Origin: an uncultured Treponema sp.
GTDB taxonomy: Bacteria; Spirochaetota; Spirochaetia; Treponematales; Treponemataceae
Direction of reading: 5' to 3'
DNA: 38,144 nt
NCBI GenBank assembly: GCA_946411215.1
Contig: CAMKDH010000001.1
Span: 1 to 38,144, forward strand
Shown here: piece by piece, positions 9,821 through 20,094 of the stretch
Layout of the letters: every line of letters begins with the position of its first letter
Numbering within the stretch: position 1 is the first letter of the stretch
Made by a program: the position numbers and the translations under genes
Notes under the pieces: model-generated
Seen by the model: the letters and a program-made list of their open reading frames with translations, nothing else
What the model was told of the DNA's origin: nothing
Database searches by the model: none

Positions 9821-11361
9821 ATCAGGCAAATGATCAAAGACACAAGGAAGTTCTTCTCTTTTTAAATGATGAGTTGAACCGCCTTCAGACAGTTAATTCT
9901 TCCAATTCTTACGACCTGGAAAAAGAATACGCAAAGACAAAAAAGAACAAGTCGCTTTTTTCTACCTTGCTGCTTACAGGAAGTATGCTTGTTGTTTTCC
10001 TGCTTGCATGGGGAATTACTGCATATATCAATTCTAAGAACCAGGAAATCACTGTAAACCTTTCAGAGTTTGAAGGTCTTAATGTAAAGAACCTGCTTGA
10101 TTCTGTTTCTAAAGTTCAGACTAACTATGACAACGCAATGAAGAACAGAACAAACATCATTTCTGACCGCGATGTTGCTCTTAAAAATGCAGAAGAAAAA
10201 CGAGATAGCGAACTCTTCCTTATTGAATCGTTGAGTCTTGATGATAAAAACGAAATTAAAAAACGTCAGGATGCTGTTCTTGAAGAATATGAAAATACAG
10301 TTGCTCAGATAAAGCAGGTTTATGATCCTCAGATTTCTGCAGCAGATACAGAACTTGCTGAATACAAAAAGCAGCTTGATGAATATGATACTGCAAAGCT
10401 TGAGGCCGCTCGTCAGCAGGAACAGGCCTTGGACAGTGAACGAAGAGTTCATCGTCTTGAAATGGATAAGCTTGCAAAGGAATACGAAGGACGAATAGCA
10501 GAGCTTCAGGCTACTCACGCAAGAGAACGAAAGGATAATTCTGAACAGATTCGACGTCAGGTTTCTGAAGTTTCACAGACTTATCTTCGCCAGATTGATA
10601 TGCTCGACCCTGATTTGACAAAGACAAGTGCACAGGGAATTGTAAACACAATTAATTCAAAAGAAACAAAAGCTTTTGATTCAGAAAAGATTATAGAAGA
10701 AAACGGCATTGAAGATGAGTCTATAATAATCTCACTTTCTCAGTTCCAGAAAAATTATAATCAGTATGAAACTGTTCAAAAACCGTTTGAAACTATTCCT
10801 TATAAAAAATCTGCACCTTCTTACTTCCAGGCTTCAAAAGGTATTGTAGATAATCTTGGTACTGTGTTTGAAGAAACAACACTCAAGTTTGCCGGTGAAA
10901 AAAAGGAGCTTAATGCAAAGGTTGGATCTTTGCAGCAGGAAGTTACCGACTTAAATAAGCAGATTGATAAAGTTCGCAAAGATTCCGAAGCAGAAAAGGT
11001 TGCGCTCCAGCAGTCACTTCATAAACAGTTCCTTGAAGAAAAAGCACAGCTTGCTTCTGATTACGTTGGACTTTATGATCACATTCTTGGCAGTGTAAAG
11101 GCACAGGCTGTTGTAATGTCTGCCCATGACAAAGAAAGCATCCGTATTTATGTTGTTCCAGATCATAGATCACATATTACAGAAGCCGGAGTAGGGGCCG
11201 AAATTAAGGCTACCAAGTCTGTAAAGGGTGTAATTAAACCTATTCCTGGTGAACCGGGCTTCTACCGCTTTGAAAGTGCCGTGGACAAGTCCGGAAAACC
11301 TGTAGATTTTGACTTCTCCCTTGTTGCCGCCGGTCAGATTGTGAAAGTTTCTGCTAAGTAG
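9799..11361 (+). CDS. Single-TM long coiled-coil hypothetical protein
   Basis: One hydrophobic segment near the N-terminus followed by extended E/K/Q-rich helices; overlaps the cyclase stop; start could be 9787 or 9799. Confidence 0.75.
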   Translation: MGNDNKINQANDQRHKEVLLFLNDELNRLQTVNSSNSYDLEKEYAKTKKNKSLFSTLLLTGSMLVVFLLAWGITAYINSKNQEITVNLSEFEGLNVKNLLDSVSKVQTNYDNAMKNRTNIISDRDVALKNAEEKRDSELFLIESLSLDDKNEIKKRQDAVLEEYENTVAQIKQVYDPQISAADTELAEYKKQLDEYDTAKLEAARQQEQALDSERRVHRLEMDKLAKEYEGRIAELQATHARERKDNSEQIRRQVSEVSQTYLRQIDMLDPDLTKTSAQGIVNTINSKETKAFDSEKIIEENGIEDESIIISLSQFQKNYNQYETVQKPFETIPYKKSAPSYFQASKGIVDNLGTVFEETTLKFAGEKKELNAKVGSLQQEVTDLNKQIDKVRKDSEAEKVALQQSLHKQFLEEKAQLASDYVGLYDHILGSVKAQAVVMSAHDKESIRIYVVPDHRSHITEAGVGAEIKATKSVKGVIKPIPGEPGFYRFESAVDKSGKPVDFDFSLVAAGQIVKVSAK

Positions 11362-11377
11362 TGCGCCCCGTTGCGCA

Positions 11378-11406
11378 TTGCATTTTATCTATTTAACTGT
11401 TAAATT
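11378..11406 (+). promoter_or_regulatory. Sigma70-type promoter, apparently leaderless CoA-activase gene
   Basis: TTGCAT-17 nt-TAAATT (preceded by TGT)-6 nt-ATG(11413); no SD. Confidence 0.6.
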
Positions 11407-11412
11407 ATCTCT

Positions 11413-14400
11413 ATGGACGTAAACGAAAACAATACCATTGTGCCAATCCGCATGGGAATTGACATTGGTTCTACCACAGTAAAAGTGGCAGTGCTTGATG
11501 ATGATGACAAGCTAATTTACGGAGATTATCAGCGACACAGGGCAGATATTCGCAATACAATAATCACAGTTGTAAATAAAGCCCTTGATTTTTTGGAAAA
11601 AGAACTCTCGAACGGAAAAAATCAGACATTAACAGTAAAAGTAACAGGTTCCGGAGGTCTTTCTGTATCTCAGTGGCTTAATGTTCCTTTTGTCCAGGAA
11701 GTTATTGCCGCTACAACTTCTGTAAAAAAACTCATTCCACAGACTGATGTTGTAATTGAACTTGGTGGCGAAGATGCCAAGATTACATATTTTAAAGGCG
11801 GAGTAGAGCAGCGTATGAATGGTACTTGTGCCGGAGGAACCGGTGCATTCGTAGACCAGATGGCTGCCTTGCTCGAAACAGATGCAATGGGACTCAACGA
11901 GCTTGCAAAAGGTGCTCAGCAGATTTATCCTATTGCCGCACGTTGTGGTGTATTTGCCAAAACAGATATCCAGCCGCTTATTAATGAAGGTGCCCGCCGC
12001 GAAGATATTGCTGCTTCTATTTTTCAGGCAGTTGTAAGTCAGACAATCAGTGGTTTGGCGTGCGGAAAACCTATTCGTGGTAACGTTGCATTCCTTGGTG
12101 GTCCGCTTCACTTTTTGGATCAGCTTCGCCAGCGCTTTATAGAAACTTTAAAACTCACTCCAGAAGAAGTTATTGTTCCTCAGGATTCTCAGCTTTTTGT
12201 TGCAAGCGGTTGTGCTTTTAGTGCAGAACGAAAGTTTACAGGCGATCCTGATTTTAAATTTCCTACAATCGAAACCTTCCGCGAAAGTTTAAAAAATCTT
12301 GTTGGTGCCGAACTCAGTGAAGTTCAACGTCTTGAACCTTTGTTCAAAAATCAGGCAGAGCTTGATGAATTTGAAGTTCGCCATGCTGAACAGAAAGCAA
12401 AGCGCGGTGACCTTACAAAAACTCATGGTCCTGTATTCCTTGGTCTGGACTCTGGTTCTACTACAACAAAAGCAGTTTTAATTGATAAAGACGGACGAAT
12501 TATCTGGAACTTCTACGCACACAATCAGGGAAATCCTGTTGAGCTTGCAGTAAAGGTTCTTAAAGATTTATATGCCCAGCTCCCTGAGGATGTTTATATT
12601 GCACGCGCTGTTTCTACAGGTTACGGCGAAGCACTTTTCCAGGCCGCTCTTGGAGTTGATGCAGGCGAAGTAGAAACAATTACTCACTTCCGCGCTGCAA
12701 ACTTTTTTGTTCCTGGCGTAGAGTTTCTGCTCGATATTGGTGGTCAGGATATGAAGGCCCTTCGCATGAAGGATGGCGCTATTGTTTCAATTCAGTTGAA
12801 CGAGGCATGCTCTTCTGGTTGTGGTTCCTTCCTTGATAACTTTGCAAACACAATGGGCATGGACGTAAAGGAATTCGGTAAGATTGCCCTTATGGCTCAG
12901 AAGCCTGTTGACCTTGGTTCGCGCTGTACTGTATTTATGAATAGCCGCGTAAAACAGGCACAAAAAGAAGGTGCTTCTGTTGCAGATATCGCTGCGGGAC
13001 TTTCTTATTCTGTAATTAAGAATGCTTTGTTCAAAGTAATCAAGCTTCGTAAAGCAAGTGATATTGGAACAAAGGTTGTAGTACAGGGTGGAACTTTCTT
13101 TAATGATGCCATCCTTCGTGCTTTTGAAAAAATTGCGGGTGTTCAGGTTTACCGTCCTGATGTTGCGGGACTTATGGGTGCCTACGGTTCTGCACTTACC
13201 GCTTACGATCAGTGGCTCGACTTAACTGCACCAAAGCCTGGCGAGCCTGAAGGTACAGTTCACGAAGTTCGTTCAAATATTGCAAAGCTAGAAGATCTTG
13301 AAAAGTTTAAGGTTGACCTTGAACTTAAACGATGCGGAAAGTGTCAGAACAATTGTCTTCTTACTATTAATACCTTCTCTACAGGCGCAGAAAAGCGAAC
13401 CTTTATTACAGGTAACCGCTGCGAAAAAGGTGCCGAGCTTGATGATGCTGAATCTAAAAAGAGCCGCGTAATTGACGCAAGTAATAAAGCAAATACAGGC
13501 CTCGACGGAGATGACGTTGGTGCTCTTCCAAATCTTTTTGAATGGAAAACAAAACGACTTTTTGGTTACGTGCCTCGTAAGCCGGAGGATGCTCCTCTTG
13601 GAGATGTAGGTATTCCGCGCGTACTTAACATGTACGAAAATTATCCGCTCTGGTTTACATTCTTTAATGAACTTGGATTCCGTGTATTGCTCAGTCAGCG
13701 TTCAAGCCGCAAGGTTTACGAAAAAGGTCTTGAAACAATTCCTTCGGAATCTGTATGTTATCCTGGAAAAATCTGTCACGGTCATGTTGAATCTCTTCTT
13801 CAGCGTGGCGTTAAATTTATATTCTATCCTTGTGCTCCTTATGAAAAAGTGGAAGATAAGGGTGCAGGAAATCACTACAACTGTCCGATTGTAACAAGTT
13901 ATCCGGAAGTTTTGCGTAATAATATTGATGCTTTGCGTCAGGATTCTTCTATATTATTTATGAATCCGTTCCTGCCAATTTACGACAAGGAAGCTTTGGG
14001 CGAACGTCTTTGCGAAGAGCTGCTTCCAAAGTTCCCGTCGCTTTCAAAAGAAGCAATTGCACATGCCCTCGACAAGGCCTGGGCAGAGCAGGAGCAGTTC
14101 CGTCTTGATGTTCAGAAGGCCGGAGAAGAAGCTCTTGAAGAAGTAATTACCAAAGGTGGAAGCGGTATTGTTCTTGCAGGCCGTCCTTATCACCTTGACC
14201 CGGAAATCAACCACGGTATTCCAGAAATGATTGCGGGGCTTGGACTTGCTGTATTTACCGAAGATTCTCTTGCTCATCTTGGAAAAATTGAACGCCCTCT
14301 GAGAATTATTGATCAGTGGACATATCATAACCGATTGTATCGTGCTGCTCAGTTTGTTTCAGAAATGCCTGATCTTGAACTTGTTCAGCTTACTTCTTTT

Positions 14401-15939
14401 GGCTGCGGTCTTGATGCGGTAACTGCCGACCAGGTAGATGAAATTTTACGTGCAAAGAACCGCATGTACACACTTATAAAAATCGACGAAGGAAGTAACC
14501 TTGGTGCAGTACGTATTCGTATCCGCTCACTGATTGCTGCTGTTAAAGCACGACGACGAAACAAGGTTAGACCTTCTTATAAATCTTCTGCTTATGAACG
14601 TGTTGTGTTTACAGAAGAAATGAAATATACACACACAATCATTGCACCACAAATGTCGCCAATTCATTTCCGCCTTATTAAGCGTGCCTTTGAATCTGCG
14701 GGCTACAACTTTGTAGTTCTTGATTCTGTTGACCCTAAGGCAGTAGATGCGGGCTTGCGTTATGTAAACAATGATGCGTGCTATCCTTCTATTATAGTTG
14801 CCGGTCAGATGATGGCTGCGCTCGAAAGCGGTAAGTACGATTTGAATCATGTAAGTCTTCTTATTACCCAGACTGGTGGTGGTTGTCGTGCTACAAACTA
14901 TATTGGATTTATCCGTCGTGCGTTGAATGATGCGGGCTGGGGACATATTCCTGTAATCAGTTTGAGTGCGCTTGGACTTGAAACTAATCCTGGTTTTAAA
15001 CTTACAATCACTCTTATTGATAAACTTGTAAAAGCCTGTATGATTGGCGATGTATTCATGCGTGTACTTTACAGGGTTCGTCCTTATGAAGCAGTTTCAG
15101 GAAGTGCAAATCAGCTTTACGAAAAATGGAACGACAGGGCAGAGGCTTTCCTCAAAAACGGTGCAGGCTGGGTTGGATATCATAAAATTATTAAGGGAAT
15201 TGTCCGCGAATTTGATACACTTCCACTTAAGCCAATTAAAAAGCCGCGCGTAGGTGTTGTTGGAGAAATCCTTGTAAAGTTCCATCCTACTGCAAACAAT
15301 CATATTGTTGAGACAATAGAAAAAGAAGGTGCAGAATGTGTAATGCCAGATCTTGCCGATTTCTTCTTCTATTCATTCTCTGTTGATATTATCCGCCGCA
15401 AGGATTTGAAGCTTTCGCGCAAACGTGAACGAAATGCAAAGCTTCTTATCTGGGCACTTGAGCTTTATCGTCAGCGCATGAAGCATTACTTAAAAAAGAG
15501 TCGTCGTTTTGATCCACCTTCTTCTATTTACGATATGATGAAAGGTGTCGATGATATAGTACAGCTTGGAAATCAAACTGGTGAAGGCTGGTTCCTTACT
15601 GCCGAGATGGTTGAACTTATTCATGAAGGTGCTCCAAGCATTGCATGTGTTCAGCCGTTTGCATGTCTTCCTAACCACGTAACTGGAAAAGGAATGATTA
15701 AGGAATTAAGACGTCGGTTCCCTGAATCAAATATCAGCGCAATTGATTATGATCCGGGTAGTTCCGAAGTTAATCAGCTCAACAGACTCAAGCTTCTTCT
15801 TTCAAATGCACCTGTTGGTCGTCATCCTGATGAAGTAACAGACGGAATGATCCGCATGAGCGACGGTACTTTTGTAGAAGGAATAATCAGTATGGCAGAG
15901 GGCGCCACAGATATGGATCCTGCCGAGGAAACAAAATGA
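11413..15939 (+). CDS. 2-hydroxyacyl-CoA dehydratase activase-related multidomain protein (two BadF/BcrA-type ATPase domains plus DUF2229-like regions)
   Basis: Two copies of G(I/L)DxGSTT and GG(E/Q)D, with CAGGTGAF/RCGVFA and CSSGCGSF/RCTVF Fe-S motifs; then GIPRVLNMY, LAGRPYHLDP, SFGCGLDA and QPFACLPNH. Confidence 0.9.
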   Translation: MDVNENNTIVPIRMGIDIGSTTVKVAVLDDDDKLIYGDYQRHRADIRNTIITVVNKALDFLEKELSNGKNQTLTVKVTGSGGLSVSQWLNVPFVQEVIAATTSVKKLIPQTDVVIELGGEDAKITYFKGGVEQRMNGTCAGGTGAFVDQMAALLETDAMGLNELAKGAQQIYPIAARCGVFAKTDIQPLINEGARREDIAASIFQAVVSQTISGLACGKPIRGNVAFLGGPLHFLDQLRQRFIETLKLTPEEVIVPQDSQLFVASGCAFSAERKFTGDPDFKFPTIETFRESLKNLVGAELSEVQRLEPLFKNQAELDEFEVRHAEQKAKRGDLTKTHGPVFLGLDSGSTTTKAVLIDKDGRIIWNFYAHNQGNPVELAVKVLKDLYAQLPEDVYIARAVSTGYGEALFQAALGVDAGEVETITHFRAANFFVPGVEFLLDIGGQDMKALRMKDGAIVSIQLNEACSSGCGSFLDNFANTMGMDVKEFGKIALMAQKPVDLGSRCTVFMNSRVKQAQKEGASVADIAAGLSYSVIKNALFKVIKLRKASDIGTKVVVQGGTFFNDAILRAFEKIAGVQVYRPDVAGLMGAYGSALTAYDQWLDLTAPKPGEPEGTVHEVRSNIAKLEDLEKFKVDLELKRCGKCQNNCLLTINTFSTGAEKRTFITGNRCEKGAELDDAESKKSRVIDASNKANTGLDGDDVGALPNLFEWKTKRLFGYVPRKPEDAPLGDVGIPRVLNMYENYPLWFTFFNELGFRVLLSQRSSRKVYEKGLETIPSESVCYPGKICHGHVESLLQRGVKFIFYPCAPYEKVEDKGAGNHYNCPIVTSYPEVLRNNIDALRQDSSILFMNPFLPIYDKEALGERLCEELLPKFPSLSKEAIAHALDKAWAEQEQFRLDVQKAGEEALEEVITKGGSGIVLAGRPYHLDPEINHGIPEMIAGLGLAVFTEDSLAHLGKIERPLRIIDQWTYHNRLYRAAQFVSEMPDLELVQLTSFGCGLDAVTADQVDEILRAKNRMYTLIKIDEGSNLGAVRIRIRSLIAAVKARRRNKVRPSYKSSAYERVVFTEEMKYTHTIIAPQMSPIHFRLIKRAFESAGYNFVVLDSVDPKAVDAGLRYVNNDACYPSIIVAGQMMAALESGKYDLNHVSLLITQTGGGCRATNYIGFIRRALNDAGWGHIPVISLSALGLETNPGFKLTITLIDKLVKACMIGDVFMRVLYRVRPYEAVSGSANQLYEKWNDRAEAFLKNGAGWVGYHKIIKGIVREFDTLPLKPIKKPRVGVVGEILVKFHPTANNHIVETIEKEGAECVMPDLADFFFYSFSVDIIRRKDLKLSRKRERNAKLLIWALELYRQRMKHYLKKSRRFDPPSSIYDMMKGVDDIVQLGNQTGEGWFLTAEMVELIHEGAPSIACVQPFACLPNHVTGKGMIKELRRRFPESNISAIDYDPGSSEVNQLNRLKLLLSNAPVGRHPDEVTDGMIRMSDGTFVEGIISMAEGATDMDPAEETK

Positions 15940-17303
15940 AAAAGTTGAACTTAAAGATTTTTATTGGTTTACTCCTGCTTTTGCTTGCTGCTCCGGTTTT
16001 TGCAGATTACAATTCCTGGGGCATTCCCGATTCTTCAGAAATCCGCAAGGGACTTAAAGAACGATGGTTCGAAGCTTCTCTTGAAGATGTACGAATGAAC
16101 CTTCCGGAAATATATGATAATGATGCAGGTCAGAAGTTCCAGGTGCGCCTTGAAGAATCAGATTCAACTTATATGATTTTTGTTGCGCCTTGTGCCACAA
16201 TTAATGTAAAAGTTTATTCAAACAAAGGAATGAGCTATGAACAGCAGGAAATATATCCTGGTGAAGCGCCTGGAAGCTGGGTGCTCGTTCGCGATAAAAA
16301 AACAAATAAGCCTATAAGAATCCGCTGGTACTTTTCGGTAGACAGCGATATTTATGTTCAGTTTACTCCTTATGGAAGAACCGCAGTTGCCGATCTTTTG
16401 ATTTACGGAAACTATGCGTCTAAGGGTGCTTCTACAGGCATTCCTTTTGACAAGCTATATGACATTTCGTTTGCTGATGTTATGAAGATGACATCAATTT
16501 CTCTTCCATGGAAATATGTTACAGTTGACGGCGACAAATTTGGAAGCGTACTCCAGATGGCTGGTATGATTCAGAAAAATCTTGGACGCGTAATGCTTGT
16601 TCAAAATGCAATGTACGATGAAGACGGAAACCTTGTTCAGATTACAAACGGAAAGCCTTTTGACACAGAAAATCAGGATCCAACAAAGCTCTATCTTTCT
16701 TCTGCAGGCTTTGTAAAATGGATTGCCGATGGACTTGTTGAACCAATTGCGGGAACTAAATTAAAGCGCGGCCCACTTGTAAAAGAAACTGTTACAGTAA
16801 AAGACAACGGATATCAGGGTGTGCTTTCTCAAAGATACAATCTCTTTTTTGCACTCGACTGGATTCGAAATCTTGCAGCAGCTATTGTTTCTGTAAATAA
16901 CGGAAAGGTTTACATGTACAATGAGTCTGGCACCGATGTTACAATTAATCCGTTTGCAGCAACTATAAGCGGGGCAGGTACAGTAAATACTGTTACATTT
17001 ATAGAAGATACAGGCTATAACATTTCTGTTTTGAAATCGCTTTTGTATGTGCTTGCTGCTACCGAAAGCGGTAACTTTTATTTTGGTGCAATCCGCGAAA
17101 CAGATAAAACTATAACCCCGGAAATCAAAGTTTTTAATGATTGTGTTGCATTTTTTCCGTATTTTAGCAGTAACGGTTCCTTTGGTTGCTTTGTTTATAT
17201 GAATGGTAAACAAATTTCGCTCGATGACTTTTGTATGATTTATCCTGATTCATATGTTTATCTTACAAGAGCCCGCGCGAGCAACAATTTTTATCCTGAA
17301 TGA
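15936..17303 (+). CDS. Exported hypothetical protein
   Basis: 455-aa ORF with signal peptide (..LLAAPVFA); ATGA overlap with the upstream gene. Confidence 0.8.
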   Translation: MKKLNLKIFIGLLLLLLAAPVFADYNSWGIPDSSEIRKGLKERWFEASLEDVRMNLPEIYDNDAGQKFQVRLEESDSTYMIFVAPCATINVKVYSNKGMSYEQQEIYPGEAPGSWVLVRDKKTNKPIRIRWYFSVDSDIYVQFTPYGRTAVADLLIYGNYASKGASTGIPFDKLYDISFADVMKMTSISLPWKYVTVDGDKFGSVLQMAGMIQKNLGRVMLVQNAMYDEDGNLVQITNGKPFDTENQDPTKLYLSSAGFVKWIADGLVEPIAGTKLKRGPLVKETVTVKDNGYQGVLSQRYNLFFALDWIRNLAAAIVSVNNGKVYMYNESGTDVTINPFAATISGAGTVNTVTFIEDTGYNISVLKSLLYVLAATESGNFYFGAIRETDKTITPEIKVFNDCVAFFPYFSSNGSFGCFVYMNGKQISLDDFCMIYPDSYVYLTRARASNNFYPE

Positions 17304-17317
17304 TTGCAGGAATTAAA

Positions 17318-20083
17318 ATGAAACGACACGTATTTATAGTCACATTATTACTATGCGCAACCTTTCTGTGGGCACAAGGCGCTTCTAAGCCCGCAGAGCT
17401 TGATATTTACAACAACCTCAATATCTATTCAAATGCCGGATATTACCCTGGCGTTGTTGTTCAGGCAGAACTGCTCGAAAATAATTATCCCGAATCTGTT
17501 TTTATTGTCGAAGCCCGCATTGCAAAAGGTCAGGCTCTTACAATTCTTAAGCGTTACGAAGAAGCCGAAGAAACTTTTGCAGCAGTTCTTTCTTCAATTC
17601 ATTTTGGTGCTGCCGATTATGCAAAGTGCTGGTATTATCTTGGACTTGCTTATTATTGCGACGGCGATTATACAAATGCACTTAATGCTTTTCATACAAC
17701 CTGTGATGTTGAACAGCGCGAAAACAAAACCGAATATTATCCTTTTTCTATTTTGTATGCGGGCCGTATAAATTATTTTATGGAGTTGTACGAAAAGGCA
17801 ATTCCTCTTTTAGAATATGTAGTTGCTAACGGCGGATATTTTTCAAAGCCGGAATATGATGAAGCCTTGCAGAAACTTCTTTTTTCTTATAATTCAACAG
17901 GTGTATATACAAACACAACAAAGCTTTACAACAAACTTGAAGCTGCTGATTATTCCGACAAGGTTTTTGCGGGGCTTACAATTTATGCTGCCGACGCTTA
18001 CGAAAAAACAGGAAATGTAAATCAGGCTTATCAAATCTTAAATAAAAATCAGAATGATGATTTTAAAGAAATGCTCAGCGTGTTCCGTTTGAATCTTGGA
18101 GTTGCTGCTTACAGCAAAAAAGACTATCAGGGTGCGCTTGAATATTTTGACCTTGCAGAAGAAAGTTCTTCGCCCGAAGTTTTATTGCCTTGCTTTATTT
18201 ACCGCCAGAAGATTGTACTTGATAAAGGTGGAAAAAAAGCAGCGGACGAAGTTGAAGAGGCTTTGCGCCAGAAGGAAGCTGATATTTTTGCCGCTGCTCC
18301 AGACATTCCGGGGCTTGCCGATTCATACTGGTCTTTGATGATGCGATGTGCAATGAGCAACGCCTCAACTTCTACGGATGATGTAGTTTCTTATTACAAC
18401 AAAATCGAAAAACCTGGTGCAAAAGATTCTTATGCGGTTGCGCATGTTCTTCGTTTAAAAGACAGTGCTCTTGCAGAATCAATTGTTGCTCCGTTTACCG
18501 CAGACAGCTCTTGTGCAAGACTGTACGCATGGCTTCTTGCAAAGAATGGAAAATTTGAACTTTCAGCAGCACAGTACAGTACTCTCTTAAACAATAAAAA
18601 GCTCGATGGTAACGGACGCCTTGAATATGCAAAGGTTTTGTATCGGCTTAAAAACTGGCGTGAAGCATATGACCAGGCACTTGCCGCTAATAAATATCAG
18701 GGCTTTTATATTGCGGGACTTTGTAAATATAATCTTTCGGAATATAATGCGGCCTACGCTCAGCTTACAAAATATGTAAACTCAAAAGGTGCTGTTTCAA
18801 AATATCAGAGACTTGCAAATTATTATCGCGGTGTATGTGCTTATAAAGTTTCTGAATATAAAAACGCTTATAAGATTTTTGCAGCTTTCACAACAGATTA
18901 TAAAGAGCGTGATTCTTTTGCATACAGTGCCAGCGAGCTTGGTGCAAAATCAGCACTCATGAGCGGAGATCTTAAAAATGCAGCAGTCATGGCAGAAAAA
19001 ATGATTGACGCTTCAATGAATCAAACTCAAAAACAAGATGCTGTAATTTACTGTTCCGAAATTTATACAGACTGCAAAGACTACGATAAAGCAATCAGCA
19101 TTTTGCAGCCATATACAGAAGACGGTTCCGCTTTTGCAGTTCGCTGTATTCTTGCAAGTGCAGAAGTCTCTGTAAAAAAAGGTGATCTTGATAGTGCAGA
19201 TTCTTCTTACAAAAAAATCACAACTAAATATGCGGGAACAGAAAATGCGGAATATGCGGCTTACCGTTCAGGCGAGATTTTTTATGCAGCACAAAAATAT
19301 GCAGAAGCACAGCAGCGCTTTACAAAATATCTTTATGATTATGTAAACGGCAAATATACTGATGCTGCTTATTATTTTAGCGGCGACTGTAACATGCAGA
19401 CAGGTGAATATGACCGTGCAATCATGCAGAACACAACGCTTGTTACAAAATATCCAAAGAGCATTTATTCGTATGGTGCGTATAAGAATTTGCTGCAGGC
19501 TTATTACAATCAGGAAAATTATCGCGATGCACTTTCTACTGCACGTCACATTGTCCGCGAATATAATGATCAGGCTTCGGCAGATGGAATTGGTCAGAAG
19601 GTTGTGGAACTTGAACGCATTGTAAGCGGAACAGACCGCACGATTGTAGAAAAGAACAGCGAATACGAAAGGGCAGGTAAGACTGGTTCTAAAAAAGGAC
19701 GCATTTCGGGTTCTCAGCTTGTTCAGCTTTATGCAGATCATAATCAGAACGATGACGCTCTTGCACTTGCTCTTGAACTTTTGAATTATCAGAAAGATGG
19801 TGATGAAATGTACTATGCCGCGCAGAATGCAGATTTTGTTGCGGGCTATTATTATAAATCGGGTGAGTCAAAGAAGGCCGCCGAATATTATTTAAAAGCT
19901 GCAGAATATTACAGGTCAAGCGGGCAGGATGATACAGATAAAGCTGCCGCTGCTTTGTATTCTGCAACAGATTCGTTTGTTGCTGCGGGCTTAAAGGGTG
20001 ATGCAGAAGCAACAGCAAAGGCTCTTGTTGAATTGTATCCAGATACAAAACAAGCAGGCAAAGTAATGAATCTTTTGAAGTAA
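17318..20083 (+). CDS. Exported TPR protein with BamD/CpoB(YbgF)-like repeats
   Basis: Signal peptide (..ATFLWA); many TPRs with YPxS-type turns (NYPES, KYPKS, LYPDT). ATG 17318 has SD AGGA; 17300 is an alternative start. Confidence 0.85.
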   Translation: MKRHVFIVTLLLCATFLWAQGASKPAELDIYNNLNIYSNAGYYPGVVVQAELLENNYPESVFIVEARIAKGQALTILKRYEEAEETFAAVLSSIHFGAADYAKCWYYLGLAYYCDGDYTNALNAFHTTCDVEQRENKTEYYPFSILYAGRINYFMELYEKAIPLLEYVVANGGYFSKPEYDEALQKLLFSYNSTGVYTNTTKLYNKLEAADYSDKVFAGLTIYAADAYEKTGNVNQAYQILNKNQNDDFKEMLSVFRLNLGVAAYSKKDYQGALEYFDLAEESSSPEVLLPCFIYRQKIVLDKGGKKAADEVEEALRQKEADIFAAAPDIPGLADSYWSLMMRCAMSNASTSTDDVVSYYNKIEKPGAKDSYAVAHVLRLKDSALAESIVAPFTADSSCARLYAWLLAKNGKFELSAAQYSTLLNNKKLDGNGRLEYAKVLYRLKNWREAYDQALAANKYQGFYIAGLCKYNLSEYNAAYAQLTKYVNSKGAVSKYQRLANYYRGVCAYKVSEYKNAYKIFAAFTTDYKERDSFAYSASELGAKSALMSGDLKNAAVMAEKMIDASMNQTQKQDAVIYCSEIYTDCKDYDKAISILQPYTEDGSAFAVRCILASAEVSVKKGDLDSADSSYKKITTKYAGTENAEYAAYRSGEIFYAAQKYAEAQQRFTKYLYDYVNGKYTDAAYYFSGDCNMQTGEYDRAIMQNTTLVTKYPKSIYSYGAYKNLLQAYYNQENYRDALSTARHIVREYNDQASADGIGQKVVELERIVSGTDRTIVEKNSEYERAGKTGSKKGRISGSQLVQLYADHNQNDDALALALELLNYQKDGDEMYYAAQNADFVAGYYYKSGESKKAAEYYLKAAEYYRSSGQDDTDKAAAALYSATDSFVAAGLKGDAEATAKALVELYPDTKQAGKVMNLLK

Positions 20084-20094
20084 GGGGCAGGAAT

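Noticed and set aside
11363-11377. TGCGC-N-GCGCA hairpin after the coiled-coil gene as a terminator
   Set aside because: Only a 5-bp stem with a poor U tract, and it abuts the next -35; too weak to call.
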